Of a stretch of DNA of 64,000 nt, positions 29,770 to 39,793 are shown one piece after another. Every line of letters begins with the position of its first letter. Within the stretch, counting starts at the first letter, position 1. The notes under the pieces were generated by a model. The model did no database searches, was not told the DNA's origin, and saw only the letters and a list, made by a program, of their open reading frames with translations. The stretch comes from an uncultured virus (IMG/VR IMGVR_UViG_3300034198_008248) (taxonomy: Duplodnaviria > Heunggongvirae > Uroviricota > Caudoviricetes), in IMG/VR virus record IMGVR_UViG_3300034198_008248, positions 1 to 64,000 of that record; one strand, 5' to 3'. Made by a program: the position numbers and the translations under genes.

Positions 29770-30381
29770 ATGATTCATATCAATAGAAAAATCATTCCTG
29801 AGCAATTTTCGGTTGCTATCTCTGGTGGAGTTGATAGTTTAGCATGCTCTCATCTTCTTTTAACATTAGGTTATAATTTCAAAGCTATCCACTTCAATCA
29901 TAATCAAAGAGAACAGAATCTAAAGATGGTTGATGTTTGTCGAAAGTTTTGTGATGACTACAAAATTCATTTGACAATTGGTGAATGTCGCGTAAAATAC
30001 ACTAAGAACATTGAAGATAATTTGAGACAAGAGAGATTAAGTTTCTTCGATGAGATTGGTGAATCAATTATAGTCTGTCATCATCTAGGTGATTGTGTTG
30101 AACAGTATATTATGAATTGTCTAAAAGGTTGTCCAGAATATAAACCGATTCAACAAATTAGTGAGTTTGATAATTTTACTTTGCTGCGACCTTTTATTAA
30201 AAACAGTAAATCTAATTTAGAGGATTGGGTTGATAAAAGAGGATTATCTGGATATGTAGTAGTTGATGAAACCAATTCAGATAGTAAATATGAAAGAAAC
30301 TGGATTAGAAATGAAATCCTTCCTAAAATCGAAGAACGAAGAGGGTTGGAGAAAGTCGTATTAAAGAAATTTTATTTGTAA
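29770..30381 (+). CDS. tilS: tRNA(Ile)-lysidine synthetase (minimal, catalytic domain only)
   Basis: SGGVDS, HFNH, HHLGD, LRP, DETN, RNWIR. Confidence 0.88.
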   Translation: MIHINRKIIPEQFSVAISGGVDSLACSHLLLTLGYNFKAIHFNHNQREQNLKMVDVCRKFCDDYKIHLTIGECRVKYTKNIEDNLRQERLSFFDEIGESIIVCHHLGDCVEQYIMNCLKGCPEYKPIQQISEFDNFTLLRPFIKNSKSNLEDWVDKRGLSGYVVVDETNSDSKYERNWIRNEILPKIEERRGLEKVVLKKFYL

Positions 30382-30386
30382 TATAT

Positions 30387-30462
30387 CCTCCTATAACTCA
30401 ACGGTCAGAGTAGCGGTTTCATAAACCGTTAGTTACCAGTTCGAATCTGGTTAGGAGGACCA
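30387..30462 (+). tRNA. tRNA with CAT anticodon, probably tRNA-Ile2
   Basis: CCTCCTA/TAGGAGG-A-CCA, GCGGT-TTCATAA-ACCGT; directly after tilS. Confidence 0.88.
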
Positions 30463-30648
30463 TTTTATTGTGAGTGTTGTCATCAAAGGTTTAGTATTCC
30501 ATGAATCCTTTGTCAATTCATACAAAGGTTTGGATACAATTCAAACTAGACGAAAACTGAAAAGATATTACACAAAGTCAGACCAAGATGCTATCATTAG
30601 ATATCTGAAAGAGAATGGTCACATAAAACACTAAAGTATAATAAGACT

Positions 30649-30885
30649 ATGTTGAAACAACAAAACATGACTCAACAAGAGATTGTTGAATGGATCTTAT
30701 CTGGAAGAGATAATGATATTGATATTGATAAGAGCGTATCTGAAGGATGTCGATATTCTAGAGAACAACTAGAAGCAGTCAATGATTATATTGATTATAT
30801 CGTTGGAGAACTAACAGATCCAAATTTAGCATATAATACTGAAACTGGATTTTTTGATTATGTTGGTCCTGAGTTGCCACCATAA
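30649..30885 (+). CDS. Hypothetical protein
   Basis: Motif upstream. Confidence 0.6.
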   Translation: MLKQQNMTQQEIVEWILSGRDNDIDIDKSVSEGCRYSREQLEAVNDYIDYIVGELTDPNLAYNTETGFFDYVGPELPP

Positions 30886-30903
30886 ATAGTAATAGATTTT
30901 AAT

Positions 30904-30978
30904 GGGAGTGTATCGGAACGGAATTCTACTCCGTAGTACCGTAATGGATCGATGCAGGTTCGAATCCTGTCTCTCTCA
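30904..30978 (+). ncRNA. tRNA-like RNA lacking a D arm
   Basis: GGGAGTG/CTCTCTC, ACGGA/TCCGT stem, GCAGG-TTCGAAT-CCTGT. Confidence 0.55.
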
Positions 30979-31182
30979 CATTTTAAACATCCACGTTATT
31001 TAATCAATAACTAGTAGGGGTTGATATAAGCCTATGATGAAGTCGGGTGATTCTGATAAAGCAATGTGGGTAAATCCTCGTGATAATGGTAACGTTATCT
31101 GATGAGTCGCGGATGCTAATAAGCATTTGAAGTGACTCAACGAATTTCGATTCGGTCAGAACATTCCTTTCCTATAAATAAT

Positions 31183-31452
31183 ATGAATCAAAAACTATAC
31201 GCATTCTGGTCTTATGATAAATTCCCATATTGTTTATGGGGTGAAGTTGAGAAGTTTAAAGGTAATAAAGTATATATTGAATCTTATCAAGGTTGGTTTG
31301 AACCTTTCAAAATCATCGAAGGGGAAGCAGGGGTGAAGTTGATTGAATCATTGGTAAATATCGGAGGTAATAAAACTGTAGAAACCAAAGAATTGAATTC
31401 AAAATACGATAATCAATTGAAAGCTATTCTACCCGAAGTCTTTAAACACTAA
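31183..31452 (+). CDS. Hypothetical protein
   Basis: LYAFWSYDKFPYCLWGEV. Confidence 0.7.
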   Translation: MNQKLYAFWSYDKFPYCLWGEVEKFKGNKVYIESYQGWFEPFKIIEGEAGVKLIESLVNIGGNKTVETKELNSKYDNQLKAILPEVFKH

Positions 31453-31466
31453 ACCATAATAGTCTC

Positions 31467-31862
31467 ATGGAAAAAATTTCTTTAACTAAACATTCTCCAG
31501 TATCTATCATCTTAGCAAATGCTTTTGCAGAGGTTTCTGTGGGTAGTGGATTTGATAAGATTTATAAAAACGTTTATGATGATGGACATGAAGGAATTGA
31601 TTGTGAATTGAAAATTGGTGGACATGTCATTCCTATTGCTTATTTCTTCAATAATTTATGTGATAGTTATAACAAAGACGTTGAGAAAAAAGCCGCTTTG
31701 ATGTTGAGAGAATTGATTCACGGTAAACCGATATTGGAAAAGTTGGAAGATATGAGAGAAAGAGTTTCTAATATGCTTTCAGAAATTAGTCACGACATAG
31801 AACAATACGCCACAGACGAATTGGGTGTGAAGTTTGACTCTGATGGTTATCGTCATTATTAA
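31467..31862 (+). CDS. Hypothetical protein
   Basis: Motif upstream. Confidence 0.7.
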   Translation: MEKISLTKHSPVSIILANAFAEVSVGSGFDKIYKNVYDDGHEGIDCELKIGGHVIPIAYFFNNLCDSYNKDVEKKAALMLRELIHGKPILEKLEDMRERVSNMLSEISHDIEQYATDELGVKFDSDGYRHY

Positions 31863-31883
31863 ACACTAAACCATAATACTGAT

Positions 31884-32126
31884 ATGAGCAAGATGATCAA
31901 ACTTCCTGATGGTGATTATGTAAGGGCATCCGATATTCTTAAAGTATCTAAACCTTACTATGATGAAACAGAAGAATAATGGATGTCTTCTATTGCCTAT
32001 ATCAATAGGCTATATCCTGATACTGTTTCCTTTCATGTTTTCAAGATGAATAAAACATTTTGTAGAACAGAAGAAAAGGCTGATGAACATCTCGAAAAAT
32101 TTATTAATTATATTAACAGACATTGA
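31884..32126 (+). pseudogene. Small gene with an internal in-frame TAA
   Basis: MSKMIKLPDGDY...DETEE*WMSSIAY...INRH*; motif upstream. Confidence 0.45.
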
Positions 32127-32273
32127 TTATGGAATACATCAAATTAGTAGATGATATTCTACGGAAAGCTTATGATGTTATCGATTTTAATTATCTACCG
32201 GATGATCAGATCGATATGTTTAAGGATTATCTGAAGAAGAGAATAGATAATCTGATTGCAGAGATTGAAGAAA

Positions 32274-32543
32274 ATGACGAGTAAAGATTTATCTCCGGGA
32301 GACTGGATCTCAGTTGATTGGATACCATATAAACTTTATGTTGTAGAAAACAACGATGAGACATTGAAGGTTAAATCTCCTGCTTGGTCTAATGGAGACT
32401 CTATGATGTTTAGACACTGGAGATTTAATTATAGAAATGGTAAATGTTGGAGTCTATTAGGAAAGTCGAAAGAGAATCCTTTCTATAATAATATAACTAA
32501 ACTTACAGGATTTGTTCATCCTGTTGTAATGATCAAACACTAG
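32274..32543 (+). CDS. Hypothetical protein
   Basis: ORF ending KH* on the motif. Confidence 0.6.
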   Translation: MTSKDLSPGDWISVDWIPYKLYVVENNDETLKVKSPAWSNGDSMMFRHWRFNYRNGKCWSLLGKSKENPFYNNITKLTGFVHPVVMIKH

Positions 32544-32557
32544 AATAAACTAAGGGT

Positions 32558-32851
32558 ATGAGAAAGATTACTGAAGATGCTGTTAATGCATTTATGTTCA
32601 ACCATTCATTTGATAGGTCCAATACTTCAGTGGAATTTGGTCCAGATCAAATGGAAATGTTTCTTCATGGTAATCTGATTGCTATAAAGAATCATAAAAC
32701 TTTAGTCATCGAGGTATCTCTATCTGGCTGGAATACTAGAGTCACCCGTGAAAGACTTAATGGAATTCCCGGTGTAAGTATTTCTACAAGTAAGGGTCAG
32801 GCTTATCTTAATGGTAATCCTATTGATAATAACAAATTTTACACAATTTAA
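32558..32851 (+). CDS. Hypothetical phage protein
   Basis: MRKIT, LHGNLIA, GWNTRVTRERLN. Confidence 0.8.
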   Translation: MRKITEDAVNAFMFNHSFDRSNTSVEFGPDQMEMFLHGNLIAIKNHKTLVIEVSLSGWNTRVTRERLNGIPGVSISTSKGQAYLNGNPIDNNKFYTI

Positions 32852-32996
32852 CTATGCTACTTATAATTACTGCATTCTTTATCGGATGGACCTGTGTAGG
32901 TGTATTATTTGATGACTCCTCTTACACAATAGATAAAATTTTCTCTGTTATAACCATAATCTTGTGGTTTTTGGTTAATCACACGTATAAATTTCC

Positions 32997-33266
32997 ATGA
33001 AAAAGGTTATCTATAAGGATGATGTTTACTTTTACGAGATAACTAAAATGGTTAGCTGGGAGAGTAGCCTTCACATCTATAAAGAAAGAGTGGGTTTCTG
33101 GTCTTTCTTTAACAAATATAAAAGAATCATATATTTTGAATATACTGATTCTTTTTATGAAACAGACGAATTCGTAATAAAAAGGGCATTTGAATTATAT
33201 GAAGAGAAAAATAAAGTTCTTCTAATCGATTGTTCTCCTGAAGTTGAAGACCTATTCAATCGTTGA
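32997..33266 (+). CDS. Hypothetical protein
   Basis: ORF. Confidence 0.6.
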   Translation: MKKVIYKDDVYFYEITKMVSWESSLHIYKERVGFWSFFNKYKRIIYFEYTDSFYETDEFVIKRAFELYEEKNKVLLIDCSPEVEDLFNR

Positions 33267-33288
33267 AACACTAGAGTAAACTAAGGAC

Positions 33289-33606
33289 ATGAAAAACAAC
33301 TGGACTCCTGTTATTGAAGATATCATTAAGTGCCTACTTAATAAAGGATTGACTCTACATTCTGTAGATAATGGCGATGGTGGAGTATTTGTGGATAATA
33401 CTGAAGAAGCTGTGGGTGAAATCGAAGCTACTGATGAATCTCATCTTTATGTTAAGAATCCTGATGGTAAAACACTCTGGGTCCATATTGTTCTCGGAAA
33501 TCAACCAGAAGAAACTATCTGTGATTATACAGTAGATCCTCTTATTGATGAAGCTTTTGGAGACTTTACTAAGATCTGGGAAGGTCGTGATGTTCCTAAA
33601 AAATAA
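33289..33606 (+). CDS. Hypothetical phage protein
   Basis: Motif upstream; LGN.PEETICDY. Confidence 0.75.
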   Translation: MKNNWTPVIEDIIKCLLNKGLTLHSVDNGDGGVFVDNTEEAVGEIEATDESHLYVKNPDGKTLWVHIVLGNQPEETICDYTVDPLIDEAFGDFTKIWEGRDVPKK

Positions 33607-33611
33607 GTTAT

Positions 33612-33836
33612 ATGAGAAATTTAGCACTCTTTAATGCGATCAAGGTTCGTATGATTAACATCCACGAATCCTTTGAACTTGCTGAACTTAAAACAGAAGA
33701 GTATTGGAATAAGTTCAATGAACTCGATAAGTATGATCAAATGATGATCGACTATTGTTATTCCATGGATGGTATTGAGACAGCAATGAGTAATATCGAT
33801 TATGTTTGGAGCAACACTACAAAACAACTTCAGTAG
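33612..33836 (+). CDS. Hypothetical protein
   Basis: ORF. Confidence 0.55.
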   Translation: MRNLALFNAIKVRMINIHESFELAELKTEEYWNKFNELDKYDQMMIDYCYSMDGIETAMSNIDYVWSNTTKQLQ

Positions 33837-34024
33837 ATCTTATCAAGATTTCGATCTATCAGATGATACCTTTCAATATTCGAGATCAGATTGGAGAAAT
33901 TATGTTCCTCAAGAGATTCAAAAGAATTGGAAAGTATTAAATTCTGATGAGAGATTTTTGGTGGCTTTAACTGCTGAAGTTGCTTGCGATCTTGATGAAT
34001 GAAACACTACGATAGTATTAGGAC

Positions 34025-34243
34025 ATGCAAACGGTCAATCAATACACTCCGATGAAGTCCGGTGATCAATTCCTTTATAAAAAAGATACACCCGTATGCT
34101 GTCTTTACACCCTTCAAAAATTACCAGATTTTCCTCTTTGGGTTCTTATCTCTGAACATAATCAACCTTGGATGGCTCCTATGGATACTTCTTTCGGTGC
34201 ATTTGGTCATTGGGAATCTGCATTTGTGAAAGTTGAACAATGA
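34025..34243 (+). CDS. Hypothetical protein
   Basis: Motif upstream. Confidence 0.65.
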   Translation: MQTVNQYTPMKSGDQFLYKKDTPVCCLYTLQKLPDFPLWVLISEHNQPWMAPMDTSFGAFGHWESAFVKVEQ

Positions 34244-34254
34244 AATAAATCAAT

Positions 34255-34470
34255 ATGCGTAAGAAAATAACTATCGAAGTATCTATGTATTGTGGAGATG
34301 TTTCTGAAAGTGTGGTGGAAGAAGCTATAGATAAAATCTTGAATAGAATTGATCGACAAAGTATAGGTATTATGTGGGATGGATATTCTTCCGAACTTCA
34401 TGATTACCTTTCATCTGATCCATATAGAGGACATAAAGCTGAATTAATTATCTCATGTGAAAGGAATTGA
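34255..34470 (+). CDS. Hypothetical protein
   Basis: ORF. Confidence 0.6.
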   Translation: MRKKITIEVSMYCGDVSESVVEEAIDKILNRIDRQSIGIMWDGYSSELHDYLSSDPYRGHKAELIISCERN

Positions 34471-34652
34471 ATCTTATGAATAAAGACAAACATATTGGTA
34501 AGTATCAGATTATGGTTTGGTCTTGGAAAACTGGTGAACCCGTGCTTCATAAGAAACATTTTATTAAGGATATTGATAAAGCTAATAAGAAGCGTTTGAA
34601 ATATCAATTAGCAGGATTTGATGTTCTTATGTGGCAAGTTGGAAAGTATTAA
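34467..34652 (+). CDS. Hypothetical protein
   Basis: ORF. Confidence 0.55.
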   Translation: MNLMNKDKHIGKYQIMVWSWKTGEPVLHKKHFIKDIDKANKKRLKYQLAGFDVLMWQVGKY

Positions 34653-34673
34653 ACACTAAACCACAATAGTAAC

Positions 34674-34964
34674 ATGATCAAAAGCATTCTAGTATGGCCA
34701 AGAGAAATTCGATTAGGTTGGAGTGAATCATCTGAAAATAAATCAGAAGATACTCACCATTCTGAGTATGCGGCTAAATGTGTCTATCAAAGTTTAATCC
34801 ATGAAGGTTTTGGATGTGATCGAAAGGATTTTCCTGTCGAAGCTAGGGTTGAAGTTGATGGGGTTGTTAAGTTTAGATATACAGAAGAAGACGGTTATTT
34901 GATTGATGAAATTAAACTCATCGAGCGTTATCCTCGCGGATGGCATCCTGATCGGTGTTATTGA
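34674..34964 (+). CDS. Hypothetical protein
   Basis: Motif upstream. Confidence 0.65.
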   Translation: MIKSILVWPREIRLGWSESSENKSEDTHHSEYAAKCVYQSLIHEGFGCDRKDFPVEARVEVDGVVKFRYTEEDGYLIDEIKLIERYPRGWHPDRCY

Positions 34965-34985
34965 ACACTAAACCATAATACTCTC

Positions 34986-35198
34986 ATGCTTCGAGACTAT
35001 CAAATTGATCCTAATGATTCTGGTTTCTTTGTAGAAGATTGGAAACTTCGTGATTTCGATCATTCCACCGAGAATGGTATTATGTCTCTTGATCATCCTA
35101 AAGATTATCCTGATTACAAATACTTTGTAAGAGTTGGTGGAGGATGGAGAGGATTTAATAAGAAAGTTAATGCTAGGAGATATTACAAACAAGACTAA
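34986..35198 (+). CDS. Hypothetical protein
   Basis: Motif upstream. Confidence 0.65.
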   Translation: MLRDYQIDPNDSGFFVEDWKLRDFDHSTENGIMSLDHPKDYPDYKYFVRVGGGWRGFNKKVNARRYYKQD

Positions 35199-35199
35199 T

Positions 35200-35403
35200 A
35201 TGAAACATTGGGAATTTGATTGTAATATGGAAGTGAATGGAATCATGCGCCAAGTTTGGACTTGTCCATCTGATTTATTCAAAGATGAAACCTTCTATGC
35301 AATAACTTTTGATATTGGAAAAGAACTTCCACCATCAAAAGGATCAGGTTATTGGACACATTATAAAGCATTCAAAGAACAATTTCCTCAATACGAAAGA
35401 TGA
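35200..35403 (+). CDS. Hypothetical protein
   Basis: ORF. Confidence 0.6.
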   Translation: MKHWEFDCNMEVNGIMRQVWTCPSDLFKDETFYAITFDIGKELPPSKGSGYWTHYKAFKEQFPQYER

Positions 35404-35648
35404 AACTTTATACATTACTTGCTGGTAAATCCAAGAAAAAGATGGTCAGGTTGGAAACGAATGCAAAGCATAAGTGTGAAAACTATATGAATGCTTTGAA
35501 AAAATCTAATCTTAAACAATATAAATGGTTTGAAATCAGGGAAGCATTACCCGATGAAGAACTAAAGGTTCATAAATCTCAGAATGCTTGGACCGGATAC
35601 AATGAAGGTGGTCCGAAGATTACCAAAGGTAAAACAAGAACACAATAA
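35400..35648 (+). CDS. Hypothetical basic protein
   Basis: ORF. Confidence 0.6.
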   Translation: MKLYTLLAGKSKKKMVRLETNAKHKCENYMNALKKSNLKQYKWFEIREALPDEELKVHKSQNAWTGYNEGGPKITKGKTRTQ

Positions 35649-35649
35649 T

Positions 35650-35838
35650 ATGGGCGCACACTCAACACTAAGATTTACAAGAGAAAATGCTCTTGAATAT
35701 ATCAAGACAAAGTTGGAAGAACCTCATTTGTCTAATAATAAGATCGAACTTATTATGGATGTTTTCTTAGATGAACAACTTTATAATTGTGTCATTTCGG
35801 ATTTTCCTGATGATACTGATCGCTACTTGTATCGTTGA
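35650..35838 (+). CDS. Hypothetical protein
   Basis: ORF. Confidence 0.6.
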   Translation: MGAHSTLRFTRENALEYIKTKLEEPHLSNNKIELIMDVFLDEQLYNCVISDFPDDTDRYLYR

Positions 35839-35863
35839 AACACTATCCTAAACTGAGGACGTT

Positions 35864-36133
35864 ATGATAAACATCACACAAGCCGAAGCACTTAAACTTA
35901 TTCAAGATTGTTCTGCCTGCGTTATCGATGATAATGTTCTGGTTTATCCATCATGGGAAGATTCTAATGATGAAGATTGGTGGTTGGAATTTGATTGGGA
36001 AGACGATAATAATTCATTCAGTCTGGTCTTTATGAAGGATTGTGGAGATATCGCATTCGATGGAACCAATCTCTATGTTAAGGATGAAGATGGGGATGAG
36101 CAAATGATTACTCTTCTTGTCCCTATGAAGTGA
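35864..36133 (+). CDS. Acidic hypothetical protein
   Basis: Motif upstream. Confidence 0.7.
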   Translation: MINITQAEALKLIQDCSACVIDDNVLVYPSWEDSNDEDWWLEFDWEDDNNSFSLVFMKDCGDIAFDGTNLYVKDEDGDEQMITLLVPMK

Positions 36134-36207
36134 ATAAGTCTAAGAATCTGGCTGTATCCACCCCCGAATATGATGGTGTAGCGTTACTATCAAATTTTCT
36201 GATAATT

Positions 36208-36320
36208 TTAAGTGTGGCAGACACACTGGTAAGTGAGTAATAGGATAAGCGTAAAATAGCACTGTCCCGAGCGCATCGTCACAACCGGCATTATTATAGG
36301 TTCGAGTCCTATCACTTGAT
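36208..36320 (+). ncRNA. tRNA-like RNA (acceptor stem plus T arm, non-canonical core)
   Basis: TTAAGTG/CACTTGA, ATAGG-TTCGAGT-CCTAT. Confidence 0.5.
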
Positions 36321-36342
36321 TTCAAAATAATAAATCACCACA

Positions 36343-36525
36343 ATGGAAAATACATACACAGAACAAGAAGTAAAATTTCTAGTTGATAAAGCTCTCAATA
36401 TGGGGATGAGTATTCGACAAAATCAACTTCAGGGTTATGGTGGAAAATCTGGTAAAGATCAACTGGATGAATGGTTTCAAGTCATCATGAATCGTAAGAA
36501 GTCTAAGTTGGATATTACAGTATGA
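36343..36525 (+). CDS. Hypothetical protein
   Basis: ORF. Confidence 0.6.
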   Translation: MENTYTEQEVKFLVDKALNMGMSIRQNQLQGYGGKSGKDQLDEWFQVIMNRKKSKLDITV

Positions 36526-36547
36526 AACACTAGATTAAGATTAGGTC

Positions 36548-36823
36548 ATGCACAACTCACCAGATACTTATCATGTTGAATTGGTTTGGGATTATTACAC
36601 CGACACTGAAGAAAGATCTAACGATAAACGATTCTATCTAATTGCTAAGAATAATGAAAAAACTCAATGGATTAAGACTTTTAATAGAACCATCACAGCA
36701 AACAATCTAGCTTTGCGCGGTATTCCTTACGATGATTGTGAAAAAATCATTGAAAATGTGAAGAATCTACCGATGAAGAAGAGAAAAATTGTCACTGATG
36801 TAATTTGGTCCGTAGTTGACTGA
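36548..36823 (+). CDS. Hypothetical protein
   Basis: Motif upstream. Confidence 0.65.
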   Translation: MHNSPDTYHVELVWDYYTDTEERSNDKRFYLIAKNNEKTQWIKTFNRTITANNLALRGIPYDDCEKIIENVKNLPMKKRKIVTDVIWSVVD

Positions 36824-36848
36824 TGAAACACTAGCCTAGAATACTAAC

Positions 36849-37049
36849 ATGTTTACACACTATCTAGTAATTATCACTGAAAATAATAAGGTATCTGAAC
36901 TACATTATCTTGATTCTATTTCGGATCAAGAGGATAAATTTGGTGAAGTGTTGGAAGAATATGGAATCATTCCTCTTGATCTTCATTATGAGAATAGAAT
37001 TTTTGAAGGGGAAGGTTTCACTGTTCAGATGTTTGACACTGAAGGTTAA
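36849..37049 (+). CDS. Hypothetical protein
   Basis: Motif upstream. Confidence 0.65.
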   Translation: MFTHYLVIITENNKVSELHYLDSISDQEDKFGEVLEEYGIIPLDLHYENRIFEGEGFTVQMFDTEG

Positions 37050-37098
37050 TTGATGAAACACTAGCCTAGAATAGGGACGTAACGAGAAACCACCACTT

Positions 37099-38628
37099 AT
37101 GCAACTATCTCAACAACAACTTGATGTCGAATCTTGGGTTCGTAATCCTAACCCTAATAAGAGAAACCTTATCATTCCAGCCCGTGCTGGTTCCGGTAAA
37201 ACTTTTCTTGTGACGCATTGCGCACAATTCATGAAAGGTGATGTTATCATGTTGGCTTTTGGTGCTAAAGCTGCATGGCAACTTAAAGAGAAACTTTCTC
37301 GTATGGGCGTTCCTAATGCTATTTCTGGAACATTTCATGCAACGGGTAAGGGTATGCTCTATAAAGCTAAAGGTTGGCATAATGTTCCAAAGAATGGTAA
37401 AGTTTATTGGATCACTGAAAAGTATTGCCAACGTCAAGATCTTCAATATACTCGCAACTTTATTACTAAACTTGTAGGTTTCGCTAAACAAAATGCGTTT
37501 GGTGTTAAGGGTCAAACTTCTATCGATGATACTCAAGCATGGATGGAAATCATCACTCATCATGATATCGATACAGACTTTGATGCTGATCTTGGTGAAG
37601 TTATTGAAATTGCCAAGCAAGTTCTTAGGGACTCCAATCTTGATTTTCGTTCAATTGATTTTGATGATATGCAGTATCTTCCCCTGATCTATGATATCAA
37701 GGGTCAACAATATGATTGGGTTGTCGTTGATGAAGCTCAAGATACAAATGTTTGTCGTAAACTTCTTGCTGCTAAACTTGTCAAACCAGATGGTCGTTGT
37801 ATCTTTATTGGTGATGAAGGACAAGCAATTATGGGATTCACTGGTGCTGAGAATGATTCAATGAATCTCATTCGTGAGCGTTTTGAATGTGAAGAGCTTC
37901 CACTTTCCATCTGCTACCGCTGTGGAAAGAATATCATTAAGACTGCTCAAGAGTTCTTTCCTGATATCATGGCCTATGAAGGAAACTGTGAGGGTTCTGT
38001 CACTTCTATGAAGTATCAAGAGTTTGTCGATCAAGCTATGAATATCAAGCTTGATCGTAATGTTGGGATTCTTTGCCGAAACAATGCTCCTAATGTTGCC
38101 CTTGCTTTCGCTCTTATTCGTCAAGGTATCGGTTGCCGTATCGAAGGAAAAGATATTGGTAAGGATCTTATCAAACTGGTGAATAAGTGGAAAAAGGTTA
38201 AGACTCTCTCCGACTTCATCATCAAACTTAATGAATTCTTCAATAAGGAGTTCGAGAAAGCTTCTTATGCTAAGATGCAACAATTGGAAGATAAGTTGGA
38301 TACCATGATCATTCTGATTGAACGTGTCCAATCTCTCGGAAAGGATGATCTTTATTCTCTGGAGAAACTTATCGCTGATATGTTCACTGATTCTAAGGAT
38401 GGGAATCTTCCGAATATCGTGACCTTCAGTTCTATTCATAAGGCTAAGGGTCTTGAATGGAAAACTGTTTACTGGTTGGGTGATGCGCAATTTTCTCCAT
38501 CCAAATACGCAGTTCTTCCATGGATGCAACAGCAAGAAAAACATCTTCGTTATGTTGCAGCGACTCGTGCGATGGAAAGTCTTATTCATCTTACAGATGC
38601 TCCATCACGCCGCAATCGGGAAGAATAA
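37099..38628 (+). CDS. UvrD/Rep-like SF1 helicase
   Basis: ARAGSGKT, VDEAQD, GDEGQAI, YRC, SIHKAKGLEW, YVAATRA. Confidence 0.93.
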   Translation: MQLSQQQLDVESWVRNPNPNKRNLIIPARAGSGKTFLVTHCAQFMKGDVIMLAFGAKAAWQLKEKLSRMGVPNAISGTFHATGKGMLYKAKGWHNVPKNGKVYWITEKYCQRQDLQYTRNFITKLVGFAKQNAFGVKGQTSIDDTQAWMEIITHHDIDTDFDADLGEVIEIAKQVLRDSNLDFRSIDFDDMQYLPLIYDIKGQQYDWVVVDEAQDTNVCRKLLAAKLVKPDGRCIFIGDEGQAIMGFTGAENDSMNLIRERFECEELPLSICYRCGKNIIKTAQEFFPDIMAYEGNCEGSVTSMKYQEFVDQAMNIKLDRNVGILCRNNAPNVALAFALIRQGIGCRIEGKDIGKDLIKLVNKWKKVKTLSDFIIKLNEFFNKEFEKASYAKMQQLEDKLDTMIILIERVQSLGKDDLYSLEKLIADMFTDSKDGNLPNIVTFSSIHKAKGLEWKTVYWLGDAQFSPSKYAVLPWMQQQEKHLRYVAATRAMESLIHLTDAPSRRNREE

Positions 38629-38911
38629 TCAAAACAATGAGCTAGGGTATCTCATTAAACTACCCTGAGTTGGGATAGATGAAACACTAAAGTAGAATAC
38701 TGACATGCAAGTTCGAAATTATTATAGTCGTTCTCATATTCACTCTGGGAAAAAAGATTACGATGATTGTTTCGATGTTGGTAGTAATGCTACCAAAAAG
38801 CGCACGATGCGTAGGGAAAAGAAAAAGTATCGTAGGATGATTGATAAATTCTCTCAAGAATAATGAAAAATAGAGTTAAGTATTCATGAAACACTAGCCT
38901 AAGATATAAAC

Positions 38912-39214
38912 ATGATCACCCCACAAGACTTCAAATCAGAATGTGAAAAGTATGGATGGAATATCAATATCAAGAATGATAGGGTGATATCTATTCATAA
39001 GTCATTTACTCCAAACGATATGGATAAGTTAGTGGAGTGTGATGGGGAATACTATCACTTGCTTTCAATGGTTCCTTTGAAGGGTGGAAGTATCTGGGGA
39101 ACTGATTGTGGCGGAATTGGTGCAATCGCAGCCCTAAATTCTGGTTTATTTATTATGAATAAATCTGGTAATTCAGGAAAGAGATTCCTCAGTGCTCTCA
39201 AGAAAATCCTCTGA
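38912..39214 (+). CDS. Hypothetical phage protein
   Basis: Motif upstream; GSIWGTD.GGIG, MNKSG. Confidence 0.75.
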   Translation: MITPQDFKSECEKYGWNINIKNDRVISIHKSFTPNDMDKLVECDGEYYHLLSMVPLKGGSIWGTDCGGIGAIAALNSGLFIMNKSGNSGKRFLSALKKIL

Positions 39215-39239
39215 TGAAACACTAAAGCAGAATACTGAC

Positions 39240-39566
39240 ATGAAGTTCATCAATCTTACACCTCACACGATCAATATCATCTCAAAAGATTTCAAGATGT
39301 CGATTGATCCTGATAAGTCTTATCCGGTTCCAAGAGTTAATATGCAAAGACACGAACTTTGCAGTATCATGAATATTCCTATCTATAAGAATACAGTGGG
39401 AGATGTCATGGATCTACCGGATCAAGTCGATGATACTTATTATATCGTATCAACCTTGGTAAAGATGGCAGCACCAGCAAGAAAAGATCTATTGTCTCCC
39501 GGTAATCTTATCAGAGATGATAAGGGTAATGTTATCGGATGCGATGGATTCGATGCAAATCTTTAA
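39240..39566 (+). CDS. Hypothetical phage protein
   Basis: INLTPH, YYIVS, RKDLLSPG, RDDKGNVIG. Confidence 0.8.
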   Translation: MKFINLTPHTINIISKDFKMSIDPDKSYPVPRVNMQRHELCSIMNIPIYKNTVGDVMDLPDQVDDTYYIVSTLVKMAAPARKDLLSPGNLIRDDKGNVIGCDGFDANL

Positions 39567-39594
39567 TAATCAAACACTAACCTAGAATCAGAGC

Positions 39595-39786
39595 ATGTCC
39601 AGCAACAATAACAAATCAGACTTCCGCGCCCCACAAAAGATGCTTCGTACATCATGGGTTCAAATGGTATATTCTAAGCCTAAGAAAGGTGCCATTTCTA
39701 TCAAGCGTTCCCTTAGCTCAAGATCAACTCCTATCTTTAAGACTAATGGAGTGACTACTTCCCTCTCACAAAACTTCTCATACTAA
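39595..39786 (+). CDS. Hypothetical protein
   Basis: Motif upstream. Confidence 0.55.
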   Translation: MSSNNNKSDFRAPQKMLRTSWVQMVYSKPKKGAISIKRSLSSRSTPIFKTNGVTTSLSQNFSY

Positions 39787-39793
39787 TCAACAT

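Noticed and set aside
31095..31115. CTGATGAG as a hammerhead ribozyme core
   Set aside because: No suitably placed GAAA and stems were found
37105..38589. Minus-strand ORFs of 171 and 243 aa
   Set aside because: Antisense to the well-supported helicase gene
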